Source of the DNA: Chiloscyllium plagiosum
Taxonomy: Eukaryota
Direction of reading: 5' to 3'
Assembly: GCF_004010195.1 (NCBI RefSeq)
Contig: NC_057718.1
Location: 31,026,902-31,090,901, forward strand
DNA length: 64,000 nucleotides
Shown: positions 1-12,899 of the stretch, piece after piece
Layout of the letters: each line of letters starts with the position of its first letter
Numbering within the stretch: position 1 is the stretch's first letter
Position numbers and translations under genes: made by a program
Notes under the pieces: generated by a model
What the model was told of the DNA's origin: nothing
Database searches by the model: none
Seen by the model: the letters and a program-made list of their open reading frames with translations, nothing else

Positions 1-1407
1 CTTCTATAAGATGGCACCAATGCTCTTGTTCCACCCTTTACTTGCCCCGCATCCTCTATTTCTAAGACTGAATGCTTCACTACAATGGTGTGATGATACT
101 TAGTATACTTTGACAACAGCAACCATGCATGGCTGAATGATAGTCGAAGCTGGGATTTGAACCTAGGTCCTTGGTTGGCTAGAATTACCTGACTGCACAG
201 TCCTATATATTTAACAAGGGAGTTAACTTTCTTTGCTCATGGGTAATACATTTTATATGAAATTACTTTACACTGAAAAATTTATTTGATATGATGGTAC
301 TGCAGATAATTTCTGCAGCATTTTAACAAAGGTTGCCATTCAGAAGGCACATGCTATAAAATTGCTGTGTTTAGAAAGAAACCATTTCTATTCCATCACT
401 TCACTTCACAATCTGCATGTCGTTACAGGATTTCAAACATTTAAGCCCGATCAAATTTCCTGCTTTATTTAGATTCAAGTTGCAACAGCACTCTGACAAT
501 TCAAGTATGAATATCTGAAACCAGAGCCCCTTTCTCATAAATCAAACAAGTTCAAAACATGAAACAATGTCAATGGCTCAATTTGACTAACATGCATCCA
601 TTGACTGTGACACAGGCAGCATATAAACATTGTTGCTTTAAATGATTTCAGCATCCAACTGTGCTATGAATTGGGTGGACATCTGAGAATGCGGGCAATA
701 TTCTGCATGGTTCACCCCACTTAAATTAGATTTCACTTTATAAAGCTAGCTTGATCCTCTAAGGGAAACTTGTACTGAGGCTCATAAAGAAGCTAACAAT
801 CCTGAGGGAGCTGAAGCTGACCTTGGAATGACACGAGAATCGTGCAGCCTGGGAGATGCTGTCAAGGAGGCCAAGATAATGCAAAGCTGGAGAGGGTCAT
901 AAGCACCTCCAGAAGAATGCTCAGAAGGTAATGGAAATAAATAACTGCTGACAGCAAATGCAGGAGTTAAGGGCCAAGGATTTGGATGCAATGTTACTAA
1001 AAATTCAATAATATCACATGGTTATGTTAGTGAGTGTGCCTTCATATGCTATATATTATCAACTGCTCTACTAAACCCAGACAGAGCTCAATTCATTACA
1101 GCCTCATCTTTAACTTGACAACAACATTGCAATCAGGACTCATACTTAACATTTGTGAGCGAAACCAAACCTTCACACTTTAAGCAGTATTGCAAGCCTC
1201 ATATTTACATCTCTCAGCTTGCACGTACTACTAGCCAATCAAACATGACAACCACATCAACCAAACAGACTGCATGATACTTCTGGATGCACATTCCTCT
1301 TTCTTACAGGGCAAGGGGGAACACAATCAAGGTAGGCAGTGGGCACTACTGGAAGATGTGTATCCTAACTTCCATGGAGGAAGTTACGCTCAGCATTATT
1401 GAGATGC

Positions 1408-1538
1408 TCGAGGAGAAAATGAGGTCTGCAGATGCTGGAGATCAAAGTTGAAACTTTATTGCTGGAACAGCACAGCAGGTCAGGCAGCATCCAGGGAACA
1501 GGAGATTCGACGTTTCGGGCACAGGCCCTTCTTCAGGA
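1408..1538 (-). mobile_element. Penelope-like element terminal (pLTR) fragment
   Basis: Homologous to the 3' end of the GIY-YIG-bearing element at 43687-44350. Flanked by a 13 bp direct repeat ATTATTGAGATGC (1395-1407 and 1539-1551). Confidence 0.85.
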
Positions 1539-1540
1539 AT
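1505..1540 (-). ncRNA. Minimal type I hammerhead ribozyme (PLE-associated), intact core
   Basis: Minus strand: AUUC-CUGAAGA-A-GGGC CUGU GCCC-GAAA-CGUC-GAAU. 4 bp stem I, 4 bp stem II, palindromic ACGU stem III, GUC cleavage triplet (cut between 1509 and 1508). Confidence 0.8.
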
Positions 1541-1781
1541 TATTGAGATGCCCATAGTTAAGGCTATCTCAAGTGGATACACTGAGATGATTGAAAATAA
1601 AAGTATCCTTGTACGTAATTTCCCTCCACCCTCCTCATACCATGCTCTCAAGTGATTTACAGAGTGCTGATGGCATAAACAAACTTTACCTAACCACCGT
1701 GCAGTGGGATCACCTGTAGTGGGACATGAACCCAAGGTCCCAGTTAAGGCCATTCCCATCTGTACCGAACTTTGCTATCAG

Positions 1782-2671
1782 TTTCTGCTCAGGTCCAGGA
1801 CATTTGGCCTCAGGCCTTCAGGTGACATTCCTCCAAGGTGGTCTTCAGGACAAGCAACAATGCAGAGTGGCTGAGCAGAAGCTGATTGAAAAGTTCGGAA
1901 CCCATAGGAATGGCCTCAACCAGGACAATGGGTTCATGTCACACTACAAGAGACCCCACTGCATGGTTCACTCTCTCTTTCACACACATACATTCCTACA
2001 TACTCACACACCCATGCAGACCCTCTCTCATACACAAGATCTCTCCCATATGCACATACATATACTCCTCGCACCCACACCCACACACGCACCCACTCAC
2101 AGACACACTAACCAAGTTTACATACCCACATATACAGACACACTCTATCACGTGCACTCATACCCACATGCACACACTCACATGCACACTCACTCTGCCA
2201 CTCCTACATGTGCACACATATAAATTTATGGGGTGAACTTGTTTTTGCAGAATTACATTTCATTTTGCTCAAAAACTGCATGAATCCATGTAAAACTCGG
2301 TAAAACTATTCAGAGGGCTTGTCAGTCTGACTCAACTTTGGGACACAAACAGACCTATTGTTAGAAAAGCTGAGTCATCTTAAGAATGTAATTTAACAGA
2401 AGTTCTGGGATTTACACATTGAAGAACAGAAATCAGCATACCCCATTATAAAAGTTGAAAGATTTAATCTAAAATGGTTTAATGCATCACATCTCCATGA
2501 CTCTGGATCCTTTGACTATGAATTTTGTGATCACAATCTTATTGTCTACAACCACCTGATGAAGGAACGCGCTCCAAAAGCTGGTGCTTCCAAATAAACT
2601 TGTTGGACTATAACCTGGTATTGTGAGACTTTTATCTGTCCACCCCAGTCCAACACTGGCACCTCCAAGTC
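1782..2671 (+). mobile_element. Penelope-like element 3' part (GIY-YIG C-terminus, CA-rich tract, pLTR)
   Basis: Translation LQVTFLQGGLQDKQQCRVAEQKLIEKFGTHRNGLNQD resembles the PLE endonuclease C-terminus (E..LI..F.T...GLN). The pLTR carries a degenerate hammerhead at 2553-2586 (GAAA changed to AAAA) and is shared with 10783 and 35104. Confidence 0.8.
1975..2220. repeat. Degenerate (CA)n-rich low-complexity tract inside the PLE
   Basis: Runs of cacacacata/cacactca. Confidence 0.85.
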
Positions 2672-4150
2672 AACAATAAAGAAGGCATTGATAACAGAAG
2701 TGTCAGTTTGACAAGGGTAAGGTCACTGACAGTTTCTGCTACAGAGGACTCAGATGAGCACTTTAACGGGGTAGCAGACACAAAAAACTTGAAGTATGCA
2801 CAATGAAATGGTTGTTGCATCTGAAGGTCTGCCAGAAAACATTTGTTTATTGTCAAGAAGCATAGAACAGTCCTGAACCATCTTGGTGTAGGGTTTTGCA
2901 CAGGACATGAAAAATGTGAGTGGTGGCCAGTTCCATTCAGCTACAGTGAATCCAACTGTGACGTACAAAACCATAGCTGACCTCACTTTAAATTATAGCA
3001 CAAACAAGTGAGAGCTATAGGGCGTTCAGATATCTGTTAAGATTAGACTGGTGCTAGAAAAGCATAGCAGGGCAGGCAGCATCCAAGGGGCAGGAAAACC
3101 GATGTTTCGGGCAAAAGCCCTTCATCAGGATGTGCCCAAACCGTTGATTTTCCTGCTCCTTAGATGCTGCCTGATTTGCTGTGCTTTTCCAGCACCACTC
3201 TAATCTCCAGCATCTGCAGGACTCACTTCTACGGGGTTCAGATTTCTGTCATGCAAGGTCAGTTTGTTGTGATGCATGGTCAGACTTCACTCATGCAACA
3301 GTGGAAGGCAATCTGAATTGTTGCAAGTATCTCCAGTTGCAGCCTGGATGGCAACAGGTTCATCAAGGCTAATTGTCTGATTCATCTTTCCAGGCCATTG
3401 GAAGTACATCTAAGTTGCAGTTTGGGCTGCAGCAGATTAGGTCTTATGAAGGATGCCTTTACTGAAATACAAATATTGAAGACATGGAAGGGAATCTTCC
3501 AAGGCACTGACCAAGGTGCGCAATTGGTAAAAATACTTAGGAGGATTGCATGAAATCAGCAGTGAGGAGCCTTTCATTGTCAAGAGTAATATGTCCGTTT
3601 TTCCAACCAAGCTTTGATTATTGACACAATTGTTTTACTACTGAGCAGCAAAAAGTCTATTTGGATGTATAAGCATGTATTTGCAAGTGTTAACATCCTC
3701 GTTGTTATGTTATCTCACCTCATTGACATGCAGTGTCCCATTCTCTAACTTTACAAATAGACACTAGATAGCAACAATTCTCAGTGTGAAAGCTAGAACA
3801 ATAACCTGGTGACTCCAGGTCATTGCTTGCTCCTCTGACCCTCTATCAGTTATAAACACCTGTGAGCATGTTATATGGGCAGCGACCACATTCTTCCCCA
3901 TCCAGCAGGACCTTTATGTACCAATTGGCAAAGCATGGTGTCTACTACTCTCTGATCACAAGTCTGGGGCAAGTGAAATTAACTGTGTAGGATAGTTGCA
4001 TTCTTCCTTCACTGGGTGCGTGGCTGGGCTTGAAAGATGGTACCAGCACTGTGGTTCCGGCAGTGGCCAACAGTTCCATTTGTAGCAAGCAGAAGAATAC
4101 AACTAGCAGGTTGCAATAGGGGAATGGCACATAGGTAATAAAGTGAGTTT
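2672..4150 (+). pseudogene. Probable C-terminal continuation of the Harbinger Myb/SANT gene (highly decayed, interrupted)
   Basis: 2735-2910 reads SATEDSDEHFNG then, after a frameshift, MHNEMVVASEGLPENICLLSRSIEQS*TILV*GFAQ. It lies between the Myb exons and the transposase relic, in the expected orientation. Confidence 0.4.
3038..3232. mobile_element. Fold-back (inverted) Penelope-like pLTR mini-insertion
   Basis: Left arm (~3044-3112) is the reverse complement of the right arm (~3133-3205). Hammerhead motif on the minus strand at 3098-3131. Imperfect 17 bp direct repeat at 3021-3037 and 3233-3249. Confidence 0.85.
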
Positions 4151-4171
4151 GGGAAGATAAAAAGAAAAACC

Positions 4172-4369
4172 TCAGTAGGGGCTCATAGGTAGAAATTCTA
4201 CATGAAATGTGCCAAAGCTGACACTTAGCCAGTTTCTGGTAAGATTCAACTCATTTGTCCATTGAGGTTCAGACAATTGCTCCCTGAACACCCTAATTGT
4301 ATATGGTCGTATTATTGAAAGCCTTTTCATTCTCATGTTTCCAACAGCTTGGTCTGCTCTGCATGGCAT
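4172..4369 (-). pseudogene. Harbinger (HARBI1-like) transposase N-terminal relic
   Basis: RPYTIRVFREQ..LSEPQW...L.LTR resembles the HARBI1-family N-terminal RRPYP.RV.R....LSE.QC.RRLR motif. Convergent with the Myb gene. Confidence 0.5.
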
Positions 4370-4419
4370 TTAAGTTGTAGGAGAGGGTAGAAGAAGAAGC
4401 ATATAACGGAAGAGCAGGG

Positions 4420-4770
4420 AGGTAAGTGGAAATTCCTAGAAGATTTGACATGGTAGATACTGAGAGGCTGTTTCTCTGATTGGAGAGTCCATTATTAGGG
4501 ATTATAGATTCATAGCAAGGAAATGATCAGTTATGCAAAAATGAAGAGAAACTTCTTCATTCAAAATATTGTGCAAATTTGGAATCTTGACCACAAAGAG
4601 CTTTGGCTGCTCACTTGAAAATCATATGCAGAAGTGAACATGACAGAATTTTGAGCACCAATGAAATTAGTGAATAAGACTTATGGCGAAGGAAGTGATA
4701 TGAAAGTTGGAATTCTGCCATTGAATTGCGGATAGACTCACACATGGTCTAGTCCTGCTTCAAATTATTA
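4420..4770 (+). mobile_element. CR1-type LINE 3' end, old
   Basis: Similar to the CR1 ORF2 C-terminus and 3' UTR copies at 25428 and 60860. Confidence 0.65.
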
Positions 4771-4771
4771 G

Positions 4772-4979
4772 TATCACCAAAGCACTCTTTGTTTAAATGT
4801 GGGGAGTCCTTGACATTGATCCAGCTTCCTCAGAGCCAGTTCTCAGAATGAACAGAGCTTCTGATACTCTTGTCTATAGCTGTCAGCCAGGGCTCCTTGA
4901 CTGGCTCAGGTTAACAGCTCCAATCAGGGAACTCATATTCTGTGAGGTCCACCTGGCTGACCTTGTTATAATCACTGCA
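4772..4979 (-). mobile_element. Solo-LTR-like interspersed repeat, copy 1
   Basis: Aligns by eye to 12087-12322 (cttgaca.tgatccagct, gttaacagc.ccaatcagggaactcatattct). Starts with TG on the minus strand. Confidence 0.55.
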
Positions 4980-6364
4980 GTTTGAATTGAGGAGAAGAAT
5001 ATCAGTCAAAGGAATCAGAGAATGTCTATAAAGGCTTAGCCAAGAAAAAGGTTGACACCCCAGCAGAGGAAGGGAAGAGAGGTGAGAAAAAAGGTAGAAA
5101 TTAAAACAAACTGCCATTAATAATGGTAAAGAAAGCATTTATATAGCACCCATTTTGACTGTAGACCATTTATAGTCAATGAAGCTCAGGGTATTTATGA
5201 AATACGCTTTAACCTTCAATAACACTGAATAATTCCATTATTTTATCAGAATATATTTCAAATTTCTTGGCTGATTTTTCAGTAATTCACTTTTCCTTCC
5301 ATTATCAGAACTCTCATTCAGCTTGAGCTTCACTTACACAGAATTAAAGTGTTAACATTTTTTTAAATGTATGTATTATGCCTTGAAATGAGTTTTAAAA
5401 TTTGCTTCTATAATGTGTACATCAAGCTTGTGCTTCAAAAGCCATTAAGTTGGAGGAGGAAAAAATAATTGAGGGAGATGAGAAGTTGAACAATTTTGAG
5501 CGTCTGAGAAGAACTCAATTGGAGGATAGAGCAGCGCAAAGAGTTTGGTAGTAAAACATGTAATGAGCTCGAGAGCATGCAAAATAGAGAATTGAGAATG
5601 AGAAGAAGAAAGGAACAATGATTATTATAGCAGAGGTAAATGCCAGAAAGGTTTTAATTGGAAAGAAATAGGCAACTGATGAAAGGCGAATTAGCTGCAA
5701 AATGACCATTACTTCATACCTGGCTTATTGGTGAGAGAACTTTGAAGTCTCGCATTATATTACATGCTATTTGATTACAGATTACATATACATGGTTGGC
5801 GTACTGTAATAAGTGCTTCACTTAGAACCCATCTTTAGGGCAGTTGACTGGAAGAGATGGCCAGCTGTCCTTTGTATAATGGAAAAAGCTAATTTATTTT
5901 TAATGATTTTTTTTGACATAGCTCATTTGTTTCGCAAATGTGAATTACATTAATTAATTTAACCACTGATGTGAAAACTGAGATAGTTTTGACAAAGGAA
6001 ATGCATTATTCAGAAAAGAAGTTATAACCCCTTGCCATAGTCCACAATCTATGTTGTTCTTGGATCTACATTTCACCTAATTAATATGTAAGTTGCCGAG
6101 AGAAAAATCTGTTTGATGGAACGTTTTCTGAGTTTTCAGTCCAGTTGCAACAGCTGCTGTGCAGTTTTGCTAGTCTGTAAGCAAGTGATTTATACTTGCT
6201 GAAGGCTAGCAATGAATTGTACCTTTGTTTCTCTAGTTGCTTAATGTGATCATTAAATCATTTCTTCCCTGTTGCCCCTTCCGGAAGTTAGATAGAAACA
6301 TTGGATTTCGGAACAGGTGTACTTCATTTAGTCCTTTGAGAATGTTCCACTCTTCAACAATGTT

Positions 6365-6530
6365 ATGGCTGACCTGCTTGCAGTCTCGGCTCCACGTGTT
6401 CCTTCTTGTTTTCACTTCATCAATTTGCCTTGAGGCTTTTGCACCACTGAGGGTGAAGAGGACATCCTCTCAATTCTGAAATTCCTCTATTCGCATTTCT
6501 GCAGTTGCATCTGAAAATGTTGAGGTCCCC
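6365..6530 (-). pseudogene. Second Harbinger-type Myb/SANT relic
   Basis: Minus-strand translation FSDATAEMRIEEFQN*EDVLFTLSGAKASRQIDEVKTRRNTWSRDCKQV matches FS....E.L.EEV....DVLF of Myb_DNA-bind_5. Confidence 0.55.
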
Positions 6531-7959
6531 TGTAATTCTCTTGTTTGCTGTAACTCTCTTGTTCTCTGGCATCTTAGTAGAGCTCAATGAATTTGCTTCC
6601 CTGATTTGATCATAAAAATGCACCTCCTCTATTAGCTGTTGCAGGTCCACAGGAACCTGATTTCACATTTCCTAGATGATGAGTTATTGATAGAGTGCAC
6701 TTTTCATGCAAGGCTCACCACAGTCATGCAAATTGGGAGTTAGGGCAATCTGCAAGTTGTAATACTTTGTTGCTGTCTCCTCCAGATGACCCCTACAATC
6801 ACTCTGGCTGCCTTCTGCCAGTTTGCTGCTAGAAAAGTAAAGCCTTAGTTTCTACTTGACTTCTTTAATAATCTAATCAATAATTTCTGGTACTGATTTA
6901 TATTTTGATCTGAGCCCTGATAATAGGGTGACTATTGCACATTTTATTTCTATTAAGGTTCTGTGTTGGGGGGTGGGGGTCCACAGAGGTCAGAAATACA
7001 CTTGGATCAAATACAATCATAAAACAGGTCACCTTCAGCAGCTCATGTATGCTTGCAGCCATTTACAGGTGGTGCTAAGTGTCTGAAAGTACTAGCTGCA
7101 TATTATGAATATTATACAACTAATGCTAAGGTCAGAGTTGCCGATGCCAATTTTCAGCACTATAAACACAAGCATAGGTGTTGTAAAGTGGTGCACCAAG
7201 TGCTAAATTCATTTTGATATGCCAATAAGTCCTGCACTCTTATTATGACTATTTGTAGGTAACAATTGTTTCAGAAATACAGGCTTTTACTGACAATTAT
7301 TACTGTTGTTTTCATCAATAAGATGATTCTTTTCAAAAAAGAACTCTAGAACCAATGCTCTGAGTAAAAGATTTCTCTGTTAATGGAGAGATTACAAATA
7401 CAGATTGACCTGCTGTGCTTTCCTAACTTTTTTTATTTTAATTCAAACTTCTTGTCACTCAAGCTTATTAATGCAAAGGGTGGAAGACAGTAGAGTGCTT
7501 CAATCAGCTCCTGGTTCTACACTCCAGAATACAATCACCATGTTCCTGCATTGTAGCTAATTGTTTATTACCAAGTCATTTTTCATTGTAGCTTTTATAA
7601 AATGCAATCCTTAATAAGGTGAGTGGATTACAACATTTGCCAGTCAATATGACTGAGTTCTGTAAAATGAACCTGTTACCATGGTACTGAATGCAGTCAG
7701 TTTGTACAACTCAGTCGATTCAACAACATCAGTCTTCAGTGTGGTGCAGTTCTGATAAAAAAAACACTTAAGTGGCATTAATGTATGGGCTAGCAGTGTT
7801 AAAAGCTGAGAGCTTAGCATTTCTGTGACCAGAATAGAATAGTGAGTGCTAATTATGGCAACTTCAGCATTGGTGCTGTTCTGCATCCTGGGGAAATGAG
7901 TGCAAGCCCATTCTGTGAAGGCTGAGCTACAATATTACTTAGGTACATAGATAGATAAT

Positions 7960-8062
7960 ACACTGCAGATGCTGAAAGTCTGACATAAAAGCAGAAAATC
8001 CTGGAGCAACTCAATAGGTCTGGCAGCATTTACAGAGAGAGAAAAAGTGTTCATTTATCGAG
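7960..8062 (-). mobile_element. Penelope-terminal-like short repeat fragment
   Basis: ctgcagatgctg...aggtctggcagcat motif shared with other pLTR fragments in the window. Confidence 0.55.
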
Positions 8063-8086
8063 GCTGATATGACTGATAAGCCTGAT

Positions 8087-8390
8087 ATCATAGAACCCCT
8101 ACAGTGTGAATGTCGGCCATTTAGCATATTGAGTCCACACTGTTCATCCAAAGAGCATCCCATTTAGACTCAGTCTCCTGCCCTATCCCTGAAACCCTGC
8201 ATTTGCATGGCTAATCCACAGAGCTGCACATCTTTGGACACTATGGGAAATTTAACATGGTCAATCCACCTAAACTGCACATGTGGGAAGAAACCAGACA
8301 TGGAGAGAATATACGAATTCCACACAGTCACCCAAGGGTGGAATCAAACCAAATCTCTGGCACAGTGAAGCAGCAGTGCTAACCACTGAG
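8087..8390 (-). mobile_element. HE1-type tRNA-derived V-SINE
   Basis: Reverse complement of the 14913 element; head ends gcagcagtgctaaccactgag. Confidence 0.85.
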
Positions 8391-8431
8391 ATTACTCTAA
8401 ATTCTTCTCTCCTAGCTATTCCATCAAAGCT

Positions 8432-8593
8432 TATAGATTTGATATTGATAGATTCTTGTTGTCTAGAGGAATTAAGGGCTACGGGGAGAACGCTGGTAAG
8501 TGGAGTTGAAATGCGTATCAGCCATGATTGAATGGCGGAGTGGACTCGATGGGCCGAATGGCCTTACTTCCACTCCTATGTCTTATGGTCTTA
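8432..8593 (+). mobile_element. CR1 3' terminus (young, CpG retained)
   Basis: atcagccatgattgaatggcggagtggactcgatgggccgaatggcc, ending in the tandem tail tatgtcttatggtctta. Confidence 0.8.
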
Positions 8594-9745
8594 AGAACTT
8601 CATTAAACCGACAGAAATATGCAAATCAAGAAAACTGAATATGCCAATCATTGTCAAAACAGACATCTGCTGAGCTAATGTATTTGTGAGACTTGGAGTT
8701 CAGCCAAACATTCATTATGAGCAACCGTGGATAACCCAGGTATCTTGGTATTGTTTCTACTGAAACAGTTCCCAGATCGAGATCATGGAAGTGGCAAAGA
8801 GTGTGTGGAGAGTCATTTGTGTGGCATGGTCAGAATGAAGAGGCATTGGAAATGAACAGAGGAAGGAGTTGAGGGGGTTAATTATTTTTAATACCAACTA
8901 ACAAACTGTCAGAGAGAACTGCGTTAGGACTCCTAACCATCCCACTTCAGCATTGTCTGTCCCAATTGCCATCCACAATCTACTATTGAGGTTGATGGTT
9001 CTAACTTATCTCTCATCCCTCTCCCCAGTGAGAACTTATTTAACAGAGCTCTTTAAACTGAGGTGGATCTATTGAATCAGGAAAGTTCCTGACTCAAACT
9101 ATTCGTGCCAGATGTGAAAATCTGGCCAAATGAGTCTGATAACCAAGGGGAATAAAGTACAGGGTTATAAATGGTCAGACACAGAGGTAGAAGTTGAAGA
9201 GACACATGATCTATTTGAGTGAATATAAAATGTTAGCTTGAGTCTAACATCTGCCTGGCTAAAGAATAAGAGAATTAATTCTACTCTGTTCAAACTGAGT
9301 AGAAAACAGATGATATATGATCTATTTGGAACTGTAAATTACTACTTAAATACCATAATATGTTAATTGTTCCAGTTAGAAGAAAATAAATTTATTGCAG
9401 CTAGTTAGTATCAGTTCAAATCTTTGTAATTCCAAGAAAGAGGAAACATTCCTTGGTTTAAGTTCTTTAAGTTTAAAGTTGAAGACACGACAATTGAAAA
9501 AGGTTGAAACACTATCCTGTCTACAACTATAACTGCTGAAAGAGTGGAGGAAACTATTTAATAGATATTATGTATCCAAAGTGAAATTTGGCTGGCAACA
9601 AGTAACTGATTGATTTGTGCAGTTGTGACCACTTGTGGATGCTAAAGATCTTCAGCCTACCAACAACTCTCCAAAAAGAATACTCCTTTCTCTCTCAACA
9701 GCCTTTAGAAGATCCTCCATGGAGGCATAACTGAAGCATTAAGCA

Positions 9746-10257
9746 GCAGTTCTGGCCGCCCTGTTATAGAAGGGTATTACTAAACTGGTGAGGGTTCAGA
9801 AAAGATTTACCAGGATGTTGCCAAGTAAAATGTTTTGTTTTTCACTGGACCATAGGAAGTTAAGGGGTGACTTTATTGAGGTTTATAAAATCATAAGGAG
9901 CATAGATAAGGTGAATAACAAGGGTTTTTTCCCTATAGAGGGTGAGTTCAAAATTAAGGGGCATTTTTTTTCAGATCAGAGGCAAAAGATTTAAAAAGAA
10001 CATAAGGGGCAACTTTTTACACAGTGTAGTTCATGTGTGGAATGAACTGCCAGAGAAAGTTATGGATGCAGTACAGTTACAATGTTTAAAAGAAATTTGA
10101 ATAAGATCATGAATAGGAAATGTTTTGAGGGATATGGGTCATGCACAGGCAGGTGGGATGAGTTTAATTTGGGAACATGGTCAGCGTGGACTGGTTGGGA
10201 TCGAAGGGTATGTTTCCATGCTGAATGATGCTATGGCTCTATGACTATGACTCTATA
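9746..10257 (+). mobile_element. CR1/HER1 LINE 3' fragment
   Basis: ORF RVQKRFTRMLP...LRGDFIEVYKI; (ctatga)n tail. Confidence 0.9.
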
Positions 10258-10782
10258 TTCAGGGTTGTTTGGGTGATGAACAGGGGTATGTTCATGCTCC
10301 CAGTTTTAAGAGAATGAAGAGCCATTCAAGAGCCTTTTAAATATAACAACCTGAAATTGGATACCAGAAGGCTTTGGCAATGAGCATGAATTTCACGTTA
10401 TATGGCTGGATACATTTGTTATGACAACGATAATTATAATGAATGTTTGGCTGGATTCCAAATATTCTCAATGACTTTAGCTCAGTAGCTAATTTATTTA
10501 TTCAAGAATGGTTGAAAATTTTAAAAGGCGCTGATCACAGAATATGCATTTGATTTGGATTTTTGTTTGTTTCCAAATCTAATAAGCACTTACAGTTTAA
10601 AACATTGTTTTGCACTGGTCCATTGTTTCTCCCAAAATCAATGTTGATGTGTTGGCCTTCAAGGATTTATTGAATTTTTTTTCTAATCATTTTAAAATCT
10701 TTCCCATTGCTATTGCATTTGTCCCGAAAATTTAATATAGAGGTTTTGGGTAAAGTAGCGTGGTGCAACTTAGCAACTTGGA

Positions 10783-10900
10783 ATCCACAACCACCCGATG
10801 AAGCAACAGCCTCCGAAAGCTAGTGCTTCCAACTAAACTTGTTGGAATATAACCTGATGTGTGTTGTACACCCCAGTCCAACACTGGCATCTCCAAATCA
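10783..10900 (+). mobile_element. Penelope-like pLTR fragment with degenerate hammerhead
   Basis: ccac-ccgatga-agcaacagcctcc-gaaa-gcta-gtg; same family as 2550-2671. Confidence 0.8.
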
Positions 10901-12086
10901 TGGAATTACTTGGTTGTGATTGGAGGCTGAGGGTTTTGATTCTAAACACCCAAGTATTCCAGTATATGTGTGGAATGGAATAATGTCATGGGCTGTGCCA
11001 ATATAATTCAAACTTCTGTTTTGAAAGAAAGTGGCATTTAAAAGGAAAAATGCATGGTCGAGTGGCATAATAAACATGAGCGACTTGATATGGCAATACA
11101 AAAGGGGAGTGGCATGACACTAAGAAATACCACTCACAGAAGCAACCTCTAAGAAAATACACCAGAAAAGGAACTCTGGAAGTAGAGCAGAGGAAATGGC
11201 CCAATTACAAAAAAAAGTGCTTTTATTTGCAACCAGTTGATGCTGAGAGAAGTCCTCGCTATTAGGTACAGCTAAGATTTGGAATCAAGGCTTAGGAGGA
11301 GACAGAAAGCTATCCAATGTAATTGGGACATAGAAGAAGCTATCAAATGTTGGCAAGGGAAATGAGGATCGTTGGCTCCATGCAATGCTGTTTTGCTCAG
11401 TGTGGCTAATGAACTGGGAATTATGCCCAAGAATCGATGGTTTGGGAATACAGAGTGACATAATCTCAGATGAACAGACTAAGCTACAGGGAGATGAATA
11501 AATGGATTGAAGTGGTACTTGAGAGAAATTTGAGGCTGAATATTTAGACATACAGAATTGAAATCCCTCAATGGAAATCAGAATGTTAATAAACTTATTT
11601 TGTAACTCACGGTGATTCCAGATGCTGGGTCGTTCTGAAAAATCCAGAGGAACTTTCTTTACTGCATCTGACATTTAATGTCCAATTAAGCATGTCTGGC
11701 CACTGATTTTAGTTAATTCATATTTACTTTGTGTTAATTTTGGATAGCAGCATATAGATAGACATTGTAGATTGCTTACTGCCCTGACTTTGTATAATCA
11801 CGTTTCTATTGTATATTTTAAAACCATGGAATCTTGTGGTTTTATTTTCTAAGGATGAGAAGTTTTGTCTACTTGTAAACAAATAATACTGTTCTCTAAC
11901 AATATCATAACCAAATTTGGGGTCTAGTCTGGAATTATAGCAACAACTATGGAGGATACTTGGGAAATGTCGCAGTATGCCAATGTGATGTGGCATAGGT
12001 CGAATGGGGCATTAAATGGAATGTGGATTTGGTGGGGATAAGGGGGCATGAAATGATATTGGAAATCTGTGGGGGCTCGTGTGACA

Positions 12087-12322
12087 CATTAAATAACTCC
12101 ACAGAGGCAGGTATCCTATCACCAAGTCATTCTTTATTTATACATAGAGAGCCCTTGACACTGATCCAGCTCTGTCAGAGCCAGCTGTCAGAGTGAACAG
12201 AATCTCTGACAACTCTATTTATATCTGTCAACCAGGGCTCCATGTTTGGACAAGATTAACAGCCCCAATCAGGGAACTCATATTCTATGAGGTCCCCAGC
12301 TGACCTCATTACAAACACTACA
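12087..12322 (-). mobile_element. Solo-LTR-like interspersed repeat, copy 2
   Basis: Minus strand starts TGTAGTG and contains TATAAATA and AATAAA. Homologous to 4772-4979. Confidence 0.55.
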
Positions 12323-12899
12323 ATGCGGACCACCTGAGGAGGCATGTTGTGGCATGGGGGCAGCTAGGTGATAAGTTCAGGGTGAGGGGACATGGAGGTA
12401 ACATGGATGATTAAAGGTCGCATGAGAGAGCTGAGGGGGAACGTGTGGTCTGAGGGTGCATGGGGTGAAGGGCAATGAATATTCTAAGAGGAACATGGGC
12501 TTGCAGTATCCATGTCAAGATATGGGGTGGCATGCTTGTTGGGTAGGGGTTGAGGTTTAAATGACCTTTAAACAATGTTGGGAATTGGCTGCTGTTTGGG
12601 AGAACCAAGGCAGAACTTTCAATGTATTTGCCTCCCCACTCCTTAAGTACTCCATCTCAGTTCACAAAATGCACTTTAAGAAAACAAAACTGCTAGGTAA
12701 AATCACATAAAGGTCAGGCATACATGATGCAAAAGTGTGTGGGATAGGTTTTCCTAATATTACTCAAAAATATAGGTCCAAACCTCTACAGTCTAATAAG
12801 AAACAAGAAATGCTGAATTCTTGGCTAAATGCATGAAAATAGACCAGACATCTTCATTTACATTTATTTAGTGACCACCTAATCAATTACTGCCATAGA

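Larger units (their letters stand above)
830..1605 (+). pseudogene. Decayed Harbinger/PIF Myb/SANT-like DNA-binding gene, exons 1-2 with intron
   Basis: 932-1021 reads WK*ITADSKCRS*GPRIWMQCY*KFNNITW, matching the Myb_DNA-bind_5 pattern W..IA..VN.....RT..QC.KKF..L. It is followed by a GTGAGT donor at 1030 and a pyrimidine-rich ..TTCTTACAG acceptor ending at 1309; the next segment contains LTSMEE. Several in-frame stops. Confidence 0.65.

Noticed and set aside
1726..2236. His/Thr-rich ORFs
   Set aside because: Translation of the CA-rich tract; only the first part is PLE endonuclease.
5610..5700. IIIAEVNARKVLIGKK, weakly Myb/SANT-like
   Set aside because: Too short; the downstream W and QC motifs are missing.
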